64,000 bases of DNA from the human T2T-CHM13v2.0 reference genome, Homo sapiens (GCF_009914755.1 NC_060939.1); one strand, 5' to 3'; positions 1 through 13,336 are shown, counted from the stretch's first letter. Numbers and translations are program-made. The notes: generated from the letters alone by a model not told the origin.

Positions 1-732
1 TTGGTAAGATTATAAAAATCAGCAATAATCATTCAGGCATTCAGACAAACATTTGTGCTAATTAAGCAGCCATTATCCTGTGGGGTTGAGTAACTGGGCA
101 GATGTTTTCAGAATAAAATAGGAAAAAAGCTATTGAACCCTTAGGGATTTTTTCTTTAAAATGAACAAGAGGAGAAGTGCAGTAAAAAAAAAAATACTAT
201 TATTATTACTTAGTCATTTGGGCATAGATTTGTATATCCTGTTGCCAAGGTGAAGGTAATAATTGAATCTATCCAAAATCTGAGTGATAGCGTAGTAAGA
301 AATGACTCCATCTGACAGAAGAGCCAGGAGGCAAGTGATGGATACTATTGTCCAAACGTGACCCTCCATTAACACCACCTATCAGCATCTGGATCCTGTC
401 ACTGTTTCCCATCCCAGAGCCAAGAGGGCTGCCTGGCATATTCCAAGCGTGCTTCCCTTCCAGGGGCTTCGATGCTGCGCTCAACCCCGCGTCAACTAAA
501 TGGGTGGGAAGCCTGACCTAAACCCTGCTCTCTCTATCTCCACTCTCCTTATTACCCCTCTCCAGGCCCATTGTTTGGTAGGTGCTGGCAATTTGCTCCT
601 TATCGCGCCTGTGTTTATGATAGCTTTTTATTAATAACAAAGAGAGAAATGGTATTAATATTAATTAACACAATAAAATGAAACTGTTTTGGGAATCCAC
701 CAAATGAATAATCTCATCGTCTAATTGGAGCT

Positions 733-782
733 GGAGAGAAAAGGGAGGAGGAGGGGAGGAAAGGGGAGGGGGAAGGGGGAGA
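733..782 (+). repeat. GA-rich polypurine low-complexity tract
   Basis: ggagagaaaagggaggaggaggggaggaaaggggagggggaagggggaga is ~50 nt of purines only. Confidence 0.8.
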
Positions 783-2699
783 TACAGATGACCTACTGGG
801 TGACAGGCACAGGTTGGAAGGGTGACATTTTATTGTAAGCCTCCCAATGAAAGGAAGAAAAGGAAGGGACCAGTCAATTTAATGCAGGGACCAAGAGTGC
901 AAGAGTGTTGCTAAGAGACAGAGATGCTGGTAAAGTTCTATCAGAAGCACTACTCTGACCTTATGCAAATAGAGGCGGCCAACTCTTTGTGGAACGGCTG
1001 AAAATTCCACCCCCTGTGTCACCAATACCTGGCATCGAGCCTTTTATTCAAATGCTCTCTAAAAACACACACAGAGGATGTGACAAAGCATGACACATTT
1101 AGGGGCTTCAATGAAAAAAAAATGCAAAGAAAATGGGGGGGTGTGATAATAATAATAGTAATATTTTTTAAAACCCAGAAAAAAAATCTACACCAGATCT
1201 TCCTATGGAAATGTCACCCATCTTTACCTTCTGGCACTGTCATTTTCCTTTAGCAGGAAAGTAACCTAAAGATTCAGAAATTGCCCTCTCAATGCGGAAA
1301 TAGAAGCTTATTAAGACACCACAGTGGTGCTCAAAGTACTGTCATTAATTTACACCCTGAGGAGTGTGAGGAGGGGATGGTGTGAGGGTGGGTGGACAGG
1401 CGATGTGAAAGCTTGGTGCAGACTAGAGAAATTACAGCATATCCTACCCCCAAACAAAATGCGTGCGCTTTCCCTCTATTTTATCTACCCACTCTAGGGC
1501 AAGGTTACCTGCAAAAAGCCAGAGGCATGGGAACTAGTTGGCTCTCCCAGGAAGATGAATGTCCTTACAGGTAAAGTGGGAAGGCCCAATGCATCTCAGA
1601 GAGCCAGTGGCAATCGGACATCTGCTGTGGAATGGCTCCAGGCTGGCTTCCAACTGGACTAGGAGGTGGGCATGCCCATGGACGCGCCTGCCAGCTCTAG
1701 CAGAGGATGATGCCCGGCTGCCCCTCTGTGCCACAAAGTGCGTTTGGAGCTGGAAGTTGCCAAGCGCCTGACCTTGTGGCTTCACTGTACAGTCCTTGAA
1801 AGGACGGAGAGAGAAATTTAACTCCACCTCGGTTTGCCAACCTCTGGGCCACTTTAGGCAGCAAGGCTTTGGGCTTGGGCTTTGTGGACAAACACTTCTA
1901 AGTGTCCAGGCCACATTCTCTCTCTGTCCTTCCTCCCCTTTTCAATCCAAGTGAGCGTTAGTCCCTCCGCAGGATTGCACATCACATGGAAAATCCTACC
2001 CCTGGAAACACCACCTGACCTTAGGGTGCCAGTCCTGAAAAGTTGAACACCAAAGAGGGAGAAATTGATGATTCACAGTTCTTGGCAGAATTTGTTCCCT
2101 GGGGTCACCTTCAGGACTGGAGCTTTGGGAACTTCTGGGGCCCAAGGCTGGAGGTGGGTGGAGGTCTGGAAGGAGAGGGATGCCGAGGGAAGAGGGCAGG
2201 GGCTTTACCACTGCCACGCATCTGCCTGTCCCGGCAGCCCTCCAGCCTCCACTGCAGCCACATCCCAACACAACCTGTATACTTCTGCTTGTTCACTAGT
2301 AAAGTGGAAAAACGGAAACATCTATACATGTGGGCAAAGCGTCTCACACACCCAGAACTTCGCAAACTCAATTTAGTCAGCCTGCTTTTTACACTCTTGA
2401 TTTCCTCACTTGCTTTTGATTTCAATATTGATAAAATACCTACTGTCTCACATCTTTATGGTAATAGTTGCAAATGAATACATTCAGCTGCTTGCGGGGA
2501 GTTTTGAGTGTTCAGTCGTGGGTAACTTCCCAGGGCCACTTCTCCCTAGGACCCTCCCCCGCCCCTCTTAATGGTGGGACTTTTCATAATGTGCACAATA
2601 CTATTAAAATTTCATATTAGCAGTGTGTATGGTGAACTTTGTAATGGGAAATTCAATAGCTGCTGTAAATATTAATGGAATATGAAATGAAGCCACAGC

Positions 2700-4550
2700 C
2701 TCGACCAGCCCTGACAGTAAAACGGAGTGAGCATGTGGCGGCCCCGGGGCAAGAGGGGCCTTTCCTCTTGTCGCTCTCGCTTTATTACATTAGCGCGGGC
2801 TTCCCCGCGCCGGCGTGGGCTCAGAAGCCGAGGCGCCGGGTCACCCATGACAAATGTCCCCGTGTCTCGCCAACAGGCCCCGCCTGGCCCTGCCACTCCA
2901 TCTGCCCAACAGGACCCCGGAGAGTGCTTGCGGGTGTCAGTTTCAGGTAAAGAGCTCTCGAAAGCGCAAAGTCTCCAAAAAGGTTACAAGGGTTCCAGCG
3001 CCTCCCCAAGTCACGGAAGCCTGGGCCGCCGCTGCAGCAGGAAGGGTTCGTACCCGGGGGGAGGGGACCACCCCAAGCGCGTGTGTTAACGAACCCCAAG
3101 CGAATTTCGGGGCTTGAAAGCGCTACCGGGGCAGCCAGATTACTACCTCCCACTCTCACCTCCATCCCTCCCCGCCCCTTGCCCGTCCCACGGGCCTCAG
3201 ATTTGGGCGTAGGGCTGGGTAGGGCGCCTGGGAGGAGCCAGAGGGGGCGGATCAGGCCGGGATTTGGCGCCAGGTACCCCCACCCGCCCGCGTCCCGGGG
3301 TCGCCAGCTGACTCCATGTGAGCCCACTTGGCACCGGCCCCCCGAGGGATCCTGCGACGCGAGGGGTGCCCGTTTGCAGTGATCCGCGGACTCTCGAACC
3401 CTAAACCCCGGGGCCCAGCTCTGCCCCGGCGTGGATCTTCGGGAAACCGGAGCGGAGGCTCGTGGAGACCTGGGAGGAGCTGCGCTGACTGGGGCAGGGG
3501 ACGCCCAGATTGGATCGGTTCCGAGCTCTCGTCGCCCCCGAGGAGGGCACGACGCGCTGACAAACGTGGCCGTCAACACCTCGAGCTGCCCCGGCGAGTT
3601 ATTTCAACAGACTGGGAGAGAGCCGTACTATTTGAGTGGCAGGCGACGCCTTTCCCCACTCTCGGTATTTATGTTGTACCGACGGCACTTAGGAGAGCTT
3701 AGTTTTAGATGCGGCATTAATCTTCACTTGTTAAGAGATAGTCTGTCAGCCTTTACCAGGCTCTCCCACTCCCGACGTGCAAGGCCCTCCCCCAGCGCGC
3801 GGCCACCCCCAAGCTGGTCCTCGCAAAGGCGCGCGGAGCCGCACTGCCGAGGAGAGGAGCCCGGGGTTAAACTGGGGCAAGGCGAGCGAGCCGCCGACGC
3901 CAGGCGCGAGCGCAAGGTTAAAGTCAAAAGCTCTGCCTGGGCCAGCACTCAAGACGGTCCTGGCACCAACGCCTTTCATTTTTGCCTGTTTGCAAGCGGG
4001 GAAAGTGGAGTCCTCAATCATAGCGAGGAGCTTTTCTTAAGCCACAAAGCACACGGGCGCAAACATCCTCGCTGCTAACTCAGGGCAATTGTCTTCCTAT
4101 TTTCTCGTTCCTGACCCCCAAGTTTCACCGGTGGGAAGTCATCGAAGATCTCCCTTTTACCACCAGCTCTACGGGGTCGCTTTTCTCTTAAGCGCCCTGT
4201 GAGGGTCCTCCCTTTTAAATTATTTCCTGCCCAGTTATTTTTCCCCCAATTAATCCAGAATAGTTTTCTCATCTGCTCCAGATGCACGCAAACTGCAGAG
4301 CTGAAATGAACTGAACTAAGAGCGGAATTGAAATACACCAGGGGTTTCCCTGCAGGAATTGTTCCAACGAGGTATCCACGGGTTTCAAGATCCGTTGAAA
4401 TGCTTCAGGTGTGGTTTGCATTCTCACCGACCCTCGGGCCAGTTCCCTCGCCCCCAACCGCCGTTATTTGTTCCCCCCACCTACTTCAATAGTTGCGCCT
4501 CACCCTTCCTTGGCGCCATTAAATCAGCACCCCGCACCCCCGCCAGTTTT
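2700..4550. promoter_or_regulatory. CpG island (core ~2700-4080), no associated coding exon visible
   Basis: Abrupt rise in GC and CpG density (e.g. gcgcgggcttccccgcgccggcg, ccgcccgcgtcccgggg, ggcgcgagcgc) against AT-rich, CpG-depleted flanks. No Alu sequence inside it. Confidence 0.88.
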
Positions 4551-6927
4551 GCAACTTCTTTTCCTTGCCCTTTAAAAGAGTTACACTTTCTAAGAAGACT
4601 TAAAAAAAAAAAAAAAAGGACAAGAAATGGATATAGGTTTTGTAAGTGTTAAATAACTTTCTCAGCGTGTATTAAAGGAAGATTGTATTTTATCAACTGC
4701 TGATTGATGCAGCCGTGTGATCCTGTCGGTTTGTCTATGGTATCATATTTATTTAACCTGCTGGGGGACTGTGTTCAGGGGCAGCCTGTTCACGCTGACA
4801 AGAGCATGCACATTACACACTACCCCAGGTATTTTGATTGATTGTTCCCACCCCAAAGCCTTTGGTTCATAATTTAGCACAGCGGGTTCTGCATCACAGA
4901 CTAGGTTAAAAAAAAAATCCTGTAAGAGATTTCAATGAACAACTACTGCCAAGAAACCTTTCTCCACCTGCAACCCCCAAATATTTTAAATGCCCCTGGA
5001 GATAGCTCAGTCTGTATAATTAATAATTACAGGGCACACAACCTTTATTTACCCTAGTTTCCAGAAGTGTGATCAGATGATTCATTCTAAATCTATGGCT
5101 GGAGCAACATTTCCTTAACTGGGAGAGGGGGGTGGTGGGGACAATATCAAATAGGGTGGGCTTCTCTTTTCTTCTCTTTCACTCTCTTTCAATAGCAGGC
5201 TTGGGGTGTGGAAGCAGTAGAAAGGCTGACAAAATGATTCTTTTTTACAGACTCTCTCCTGAGGTTGCCTTGGGATTTAGTTCATAAATTCCTTTGGCAG
5301 CAAACTGGGTTTATACTACCCCTACACACTCCCAACCCCATGGTGAGGAAAGTTTTTTTTTTTCCAGGTGACAAGCTGTTCAGTGTGTAAAATAAACTTT
5401 CATAATATTTGTGTCTTTTCAAATAAATAATCCCAATGGTCTGGGCATATCCTAGCAGTTCTGAAAGTTGTGACCTGAAATTAGCATGACTTAGTGCAGA
5501 AACAATGAATAATTACTTCCTGTGAGATTTCTAAAAGGTGGGAACCATCTCCTTGACAGTTTTCTTCCTTTCTTTTTTTTTTTTTTTGTTAACACCAACA
5601 GAGCACATGTTTATGTACCAACTAATGTGTGTTTTAAACATTTATTTGCTATGATAAAATTGGGACACATTTTTCTTTGCATCATCTTGGATTGCTATTA
5701 TTCTGGCTAGCAATATTTTTTTTCTATGAGTGCAAAAGTGAAGTTTCAAGCTTGTGCTGATTTCCAGTGACAGAGATGCTATTTATTGTGCTTGGTGTTT
5801 TTACATTTGTTTTTTAGAGACTCCTGAAGTCTAAAAAGGCAATCTTAGCACCAGTATGTATCTCTTTGCCCATTAGAGTCTTATTTTGTCATTCTAGGTC
5901 AGATGGGAAAGACATTACCAAGGTGGTTAATTGCATGTGTGTATAATGTTGCACTGGAGGGTGGAGATTCACAGCATTTAAAAAAAGATGTTAAGTACAT
6001 AATTGCTCCCCAAATAAGCCAACACATCTAAAACAGCTCTTTTTTTTTTTTTTTTTTTTTTGTCTTCAGCTTTTAGGTTAACATTGGGAGACGATGGCAA
6101 CATTGATCTCATTAAAACTTTCTTCTTCATTCTCGAACATTATCATTCACCAAAGCGTATCTTTTGGCTTGATTGTGTACCTGAAAATGATGATAAACAC
6201 ATCAACCAAATGTGATGCACACTTCTCATTCCAGTTAACATCTTCTTTTATCAAATGTCCCTTATTTGTGCTGGCACTGAAGCCTTTCTCTTACTGTCTC
6301 CTGTTTAGGGGAAGTTTGGGAGATTCTGATGGTATGCCTTCTTTGCTGATAATATCATGTACAGCAACTCTTTTTATCCCTAGATGTTGCTATTTATCCT
6401 CAGATGGTGTTCGGTGACAAAGCTCAAAATATTACAAAACTCTGAAAGATGTACTTTTCTGCTGAGAAACCAGCCATTAATCAAAAGCAAGTACAGATAC
6501 AATATTCAGAGAGAAAGAGAAAGGGTAGGCTGGCAAGGATAATATTTACCCATAACTCAATGGCAGCCAGGGATACTAAGGCAGACCAAGCAAGGTGAAA
6601 GGCCAATTTGTGATGTACAAAATCTACACATTTTAATCACAGAAGTTTTGAGGTACCACATGAATCTATTTGTGATCATTTTCCAAAAAAATTAGAAATC
6701 ATTGGTTTGCATTGAAAATCAATCTTTTAAAGCCGTCAACTATAAGATTTATTTAATAGAATATTATGTACATTACCCATAATAAAGCAGAAAACAATTT
6801 CCTATGTTGTCTCCTGGAGAGTCAAATTGATTTAGTGGGGCTCTACTTATTTTCAAGGAAACACTTTGACCATATTTAATACATGCTCACACACAGAAAC
6901 ACATACAATGAACTTCTTTGAAGTTTA

Positions 6928-7113
6928 GTCACTTCCTGGCTGTGTGTCTCTGGGCAAGTTACTTAATTTCTCTGTTCTTCAGTTTTCTCAACTTGTAAAA
7001 TAATAATATTACCTACAGCAGGGGTTGCTGTCAAGATTAAGTGAGTTAACTCACGTGAAGCTCTTAAAGTGTGCCTGGTGTGTGGCAATTTCTAGATATA
7101 CATCAGCTGTTAC
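6928..7113 (+). mobile_element. MIR SINE
   Basis: MIR core-like: cacttcctggctgtgtg...gggcaagttacttaatttctctg...cagttttctc...tgtaaaat...gattaagtgagttaa...gtgcctgg. Confidence 0.75.
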
Positions 7114-10100
7114 TGATGGCCTACAGTAGGAATTAATGTCTTGCTAATGTTATTATCAACAACAGTGTTTTTGTTCTGATCATGTAGAATGTTGTGACCA
7201 GACTTCAAAATGTAAACTTGAAATTTGAAGTGTTTCTATTAAGACCTTGTTCAAATATCTGCAGATTTGCTCAAATCTGCACTAAGCTGAAGCATCAGAA
7301 TTACAAAACTGCCCCAAAGGGGCAAAGTGATCACTCTCTTTCTTCCTGGCTCCCTGAGCCTCGGATAAACCACATAGCCTTCTACGCAAATGCCAAGCTA
7401 AAATGCGGCTCTGAGGAGTGGTGAGAATGCCGTGAAAATGTCTATACACCAAATCACAAGAAAAAGCTACCAAGAGACCCTAAAGAGAAACCACAGTGTG
7501 ACTTGCCATCCAGTCACTTTATTTGGTAAGGATGTCAGCATGCTCTTTCTTCATTTTTGCTTTATGCTAAGTACCTAATTCCTTTGTAGCATATCTTTTA
7601 ACATCCTCTGAGTTTTAGGATGTGTGTTTTATATGTGCCAGGCACTGTCTTTTATTAGGTTGTCCAAGTTTAAATTTATTTTGAATGGAAAGACATATGT
7701 CCTGATAATATGTTAGAATATTGATTTAAACTAGGATCTTGATGTAAAAATTAATGGAATGAAATAATAAAATCTTTCAGGGTTTGATCCCCACCCCTCA
7801 CGTTGGCTTTTGTAATGAAGACAAAACCAGTTTCGACTGGGTATCACATTACCTCAACTATGGGGTATCTTTCTCTCTGGTTTTGAGCTGCTCTGGCTCT
7901 TTAGATAGTAACTTGAGACCACAGCTGAAGTGAAACCGGGGTGTTGGAAAGGCAGCTAACAGCACCCTCCCTTTCTCTCCAGGTCACCCTTCATGGATAT
8001 AAAATATGACTCAATTTTGTTACATTAGATCACAGAACCTCAGGCATGCATAGTTTTCATTTTATGTAACTCCCCAAACTAACTCACACAAACAAGTCCG
8101 GATGGGAGCCGGTGTTTTCGGACACGTGTTCATGCTAACTTTGCCACTTGGAACCACACCCCCTCCTCTCTACATCGGCATTCCACATCCTACTCACATG
8201 TTTCCCTTTCAACATGTTCAGTGTTGTAAGACAGTCTGTTTCTACTTGGTGCGCATACCAAAAATTTGTGTTCTAAGAAGGTGGTGTTTGTGTGAGGTTT
8301 AGATGTTTCCTAAATGTCATCTGTCTTGCTCTATTTCATATACAAAGTGAATTTTAGCTGTTTAAACTCAGCTTCAGTAGTAGCTGTTTTCTTACTCTTA
8401 ATTCATCCTTTCAAATAAAGGTAAAGGTAACTTTAGTGAAATACACATAACTTCCTATTGTGTCTTTTCATGGTTGCTCCATGGGCCTGAAATAAATCTT
8501 TGACTTTCTCATATTTGGGCTGATAATCTCTTCAAACTTGCGCAAAAGACCCTAAACAAATATATTAGAATATTTTTGGACAGGAAAATAAACCATGGTG
8601 ATATGTTGGTTTCTGTATGTGAAGGCTGAGATTTAAGAAAATATGGTTTTCCTTTAAGTCACATATAAAATTTTTTAAAACATTGTTCCTTTTGAGGTTT
8701 AGCAAATAGTTAAACTAGTTTACACAGTTCTCTTTTTTCTTCCTTTTAAACACGGCACTTAAGCAAGCAGACACTTTAACGTGCCTCGCTATTAGACAGC
8801 TTTTCTTCATTGCCTTTTCATAGCATGGCTATCGAAAATAAGATAACGCCCAAAGATCTGGGACCTAATCAGCTTTCTAGCTGGGTTTAAAGAGTCTAGA
8901 GGCTGTTTAAAGGTAGCTCTAGTTATGTGTGCGGGCCCACTGCAGTGTTTGCTCTGCCACATTTTGATGGAGAGGGTAATGTGTTTGCTAGATAAGGCGA
9001 AAGGGACCAGCCAAAAAAGCAAGGCTCTGTTTGATAAACCCTGACATATTTAGCCATTTTTCACACACATGAAAGGAAGCTTTAAAACTCCAAGGAAAAT
9101 AGAGGTGTCCATTCAAGCACACTAATGTTTATCAAGACAAAAAGGGTAAATAAAGAAAATTGGCATCTTGTAGTCTATTAAATTAATTAGCTCTAGAGCT
9201 TATCATGAAATTGAAAAGCTGGATAAAATACAAGTTTACTTCTTGTTGTTGTTACTTAATATGAAAGGTAAGTTCTTTAAGTCAATGTACATTGAAAAGA
9301 CAGTTATTTTGTGTGGCTTGTCTTGCCCTGGTGGAAGATTTGAGCCCTATATAAAAGAGCTCATGAATCGAAGTTAAACTTTTATAAGCCTGATTGGCCT
9401 GGACTTGGGATGAGATCTTTATTTGAAATTAGTGTTAAAATACATGGTGACATTCTTTGTAAAGTGACCTATAGCCTGAAAACAGATTGATAAAACCAGA
9501 ATACAAACTATGCCACTTGGAATATACTTACAATTAGAGGTCAGAATGTTTTAAAAGTCCAGTTAAAATAAGTTCATACAGAAAGATATTTTAAAACAAA
9601 ACAGCTTTACAATCCAGAATCATTTTTTTTAAATGCTGGGGGTGAATTCTTTATTGGTTTATAATAATTCTCCTTTTCTAGAAAAAGTAAAGAAGAAAAC
9701 ATCTGAAGGTTACACAAAATACAGCCTTCTTTCAAAAATAAGAATTTAAATGATGTAAGTGTAAAGATAATTTGGGTTTCGACTTTCACACTATGATGAT
9801 TTTAAGTTAATTTAGAGAGAAATATCAACTCTAAATCAACATTTAAAATTTTAAATTTAGTAAAATTTTCTGTTTTTTTTTTTTCCTTAGGAAAGATACT
9901 TTTCCGGTCTTTTTTTCCCCTTAAATCAAAAGTGTTTGATAAACTGAAGAAGTTGTGTCAAATGATTAGTTCATCTATAGAACATTTTAAAATATAATCA
10001 CTTGAACCTCTAGAAATGTGTTTCATCTATATATTAATCATTTTAAACATTTTTTATGCCTTGGTATTAATAATTTATATGAGTGTAGATTTTTAGATGA

Positions 10101-11349
10101 ATTTAATGTCAACTAGAGATTAGTGTGCATTAATTAAATTGACTGTATCTCCTTTAATGAGAAAAAAGGATTTAGTTTTAATACTGATGATCTTAATGAA
10201 GCTTTTCTCTACTTACCTGTATTTTCTCAACATCAGAAATTATTTTTATTAAAAGGTGAACTAATTTAATAATGGCAGGGTGACAAAACATGAAATAAAT
10301 CAAATGGTTGCAAAGTGACATTGTTTTTGTTATTGAGGTTGAATCATCAAATCACATAACTTTCAATTAAAAAGAAATCAATTCATATCAGCTATTTAAA
10401 AATAAAAACATAAGTTGAACTTCACGTTCAATTTTCATTTGAGCATTATATAAAATGGCTAACTGTTTGATAGAATTTAAAACAGTACCTCGGATAGAAC
10501 ATGTTCAACACACTTGAATCCATCCTCTAAACAGTGTAAAAGTCACCTCTTATAAATGCATTTTCAGTAAAAATCATTGTCCCAAAAGGTGTGTTATCAT
10601 AACATAAAATCCTTCGAAAAATTTGTGAAGTTTGTGAAATTAATCACTATATTGACAAAGAGGCACAAAACCCCAAGCAGGGGAGTGCATAAGGTTTTAT
10701 GACATCTCCTCTCCCTGTAGATGATTACATGTTAAAAGAAGATGAACGTTAGTTGAGCACTCTAGACCACCCTGTAGTTGTTATAATTTATTTGGGGGAG
10801 CATTCATTGGAATTATAGGTTACTGCTCCTTTTAAAATTATTTATTTATTTACTTAGTATTTTAAAATGGACAATGGAGGAGAAAAACAGGAGAACAGGG
10901 CCTGGCAAAAACCAAATTAAACCAAAACCAAAGCAAACAAACAAATCCCAGGCTTGTTTCCCTCCGACCCTCTCCTTTTTTCTTCACATTCCGCATACAG
11001 TGCATCCTTTACCAGTTAAAACTCACGTTTAGTGTCTGCCATCCAGCCTCTCATGAAGGCTTCTCACGAATGAATACTTAGTTATTCTTCGTTGATTCTG
11101 TCAGGGCTCTCATCTCATGTTTAAGGGCCTAGAAACTCATCTCCCGGCACCCCACACTTACAGGTGGGTGCATGTGATGGATCAAGCCCTGGTCCTCAGC
11201 AAGCTGTTGCAGACAGCTTGCAAGGTTTCCCTTCCAGCTGGTTCGATATGAGGTTAGGTCTAAAACGAATTATGCTAAGACTTGTTTATTAACCTTAACC
11301 TGGAAAGATGGTATTCTAGACCAGGAAGCTTCCACTTTAAAAAAGTGCG

Positions 11350-11957
11350 ATGCCCATTGTTTCAGCACTGTTCACAATAGCCACAATTTGGAAGCAACCT
11401 AAGTGTCCATCGGCAGATGAATGGATAAAGAAAATGTGGTACATATACACAATGGAGTACTATTCAGCCATAAAAAGGAATGACATCGTGTCATTTGCAA
11501 TGACATGGATGGAAGTGGAGATCATTATGTTAAGTGAAATAAACCAGACACAGAAAGACCAACATCGAATGTTCTCACATATTTGTGGGATCTAAAAATC
11601 AAAACAATTGAACTCATGAACATAGAGAGTAGAATGATGGTTAACAGAGGGTGGAAAGGGTAGTGGGAGGCTGAGAGGAGGTGGGAATGGCTAATGGGCA
11701 CCAAAAAAATAGAAAGCATGAATAAGACATTTGGTCCCATGACTGGGTGACTATAGTCAGCAATAATTTCATTGTACATTTTAAAATAACTAAAACAGTG
11801 TAATTGGATTGTTTGTAACACAAAGGATGAATGCTTGAGGGCATGGATACCCCATTCTCCATGAAGTGATTATTTTGCATTGCATGCCTGTATCAAAACA
11901 TCTCATGTACCCCACAAATATCTACACTTATGATGTACCCACAAAAATTAAAAATAC
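11350..11957 (+). mobile_element. L1 3' end (ORF2 C-terminus + 3'UTR), L1MA2/L1MA3-like
   Basis: ORF 11350-11595 gives the ORF2p C-terminus (ALFTIA..WKQPKCPS.DEWIKKMWYIYTMEYYSAIK). It is followed by an L1MA-type 3'UTR (ataactaaaacagtgtaattggattgtttgtaacacaaagg...gtacccacaaaaattaaaaat). Confidence 0.93.
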
Positions 11958-12453
11958 AATTTTTTTTTTTAAATGTAGTGCCCAGATCCAGGCACCAAAA
12001 GGTGCCAGGCCAACATAGTTTTACTAGCATAATTGCCTCAGTCCCAGTTCCGGCTTTGGCAGTTAAAGAATGGGTAATAAAATCCACTTCTCTAGCTTGT
12101 TAAGAATATGACAGAAGAGATCCAAAATCCCTAATGCTATGCCTGTCGGAGAACAAGGTTTCCATAGAGGATGAATCTCATTATTATCTCTTGAGGTTGG
12201 TGACCACAGTGGATCTTAGTGCAGAAACCAAATCACTTATAGAACAGTTGAGAGACAACTGGGTCGAGACAGGCAAAATGCAATGGATTTCAAAGGGAAG
12301 TAGGTAGAAGACAGGTATTGCAGGCAGTAGATTTTAGCTCAATATAAGGAAGTATTTACAATTCAACCAGCTTGAAAACACTTTTTAAAATGATCATGCC
12401 ATCTGTCAGGGTGGCAGGGAGGATAATTGGATTATGTCACAGTTGCCCAAATC

Positions 12454-12530
12454 ATTGTTTTCCAAACCTGGTGGCATAAAATGGAATCACCTGGGCAACT
12501 TTTAAATATCTACATTACGGATGCCTGAGA
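12454..12530. mobile_element. MER5-like hAT-Charlie remnant
   Basis: ttgttttccaaacctgg...ggaatcacctgggcaacttttaaa resembles the MER5 terminus. Confidence 0.5.
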
Positions 12531-13336
12531 AATGTCTTCTTTTGCAGACACATACATGCCATTTACAAGTGTAATTTCTGGTATTTGTTAGAAATGAGAC
12601 ACCTTGACTATGTAATGCTAAAATAAGATCCAGTCACTGTGAGAGCAAAATTGTTTGCTTGTGTTTTTGATTGGCCCCTGTGAAACTCACCAAATCTCAC
12701 TGTGCCTCCTTTATCCCAATAACATTCTGTCGTGGAGGAATGAAAATGAACATCAAGGTTAGTGACAAGGGATAAGGATGCAGAACTATAGTATAGAAGA
12801 TATCACAAAATTAGCATTCTGGTCCAAATTATTTTTCTTTTTAACAAACGATTTTGCAATAATAGCTATGATTTCTGTAATACATTATTTGGTTCTTAAC
12901 TTGCTAACTGAATTTGCTTAAACTCTCTCACCCTAAGTGTACTTTCCTAAATGGGGGGTGGAGAGGTTGAACTAGATCAGGAGTGGCCAAACCAAATGCT
13001 CACAGGGGCTTGCTGGGACTAGAGATGGGCGTTGTGGAGCAGGTGTAAAGTAAGAGGGACTGCTGGGGACTATGACAAACTAGAAAGTGCTGGTTCTAAA
13101 GAAGTGCACTGTGATTTCACTCTTGTTAAACGTAATCCTGTGGAAATGCAGGTTCAGTGTTGCCATCGTTTCTCATTTTGCAAGATAACCGGGAAACTCA
13201 ATTTTCCAAAATGTGAAAGTGGCCATTGAAAAAATCATTTTGCAATTCCAAATGAGTAGTCCTGGGGACTGGATCCAGCCTGGGGGTTACTGGCTCCTTC
13301 TGTCTGAGCTGGCCGACAGCTAAAGATATCCTCTAA

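Noticed and set aside
1656-1677. p53-like element (GGGCATGCCC)
   Set aside because: One perfect half-site only; the neighbouring half-site fails at three positions.
3237-3250. CTCF-like gccagagggggcgg
   Set aside because: The 5' half of the core does not fit; better read as a GC box.
2672-4078. Long overlapping ORFs in the CpG island (252 aa minus, 215 aa plus, others)
   Set aside because: Pro/Arg/Gly/Ala-rich with no recognisable domain, open in several frames on both strands, and many start at GTG/TTG. This is expected from stop-codon scarcity in GC-rich DNA.
4523-4544. Possible REST/NRSE site (tcagcaccccgcac...)
   Set aside because: Only the left half matches; the GGACAG right half is missing.
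9347-9357. TATA box-like ctatataaaag
   Set aside because: No other promoter evidence, and it is common by chance in AT-rich DNA.
12980-13290. Possible hAT-type MER element (caggagtggccaaac...)
   Set aside because: The terminus is suggestive but I cannot assign a family or a second end.
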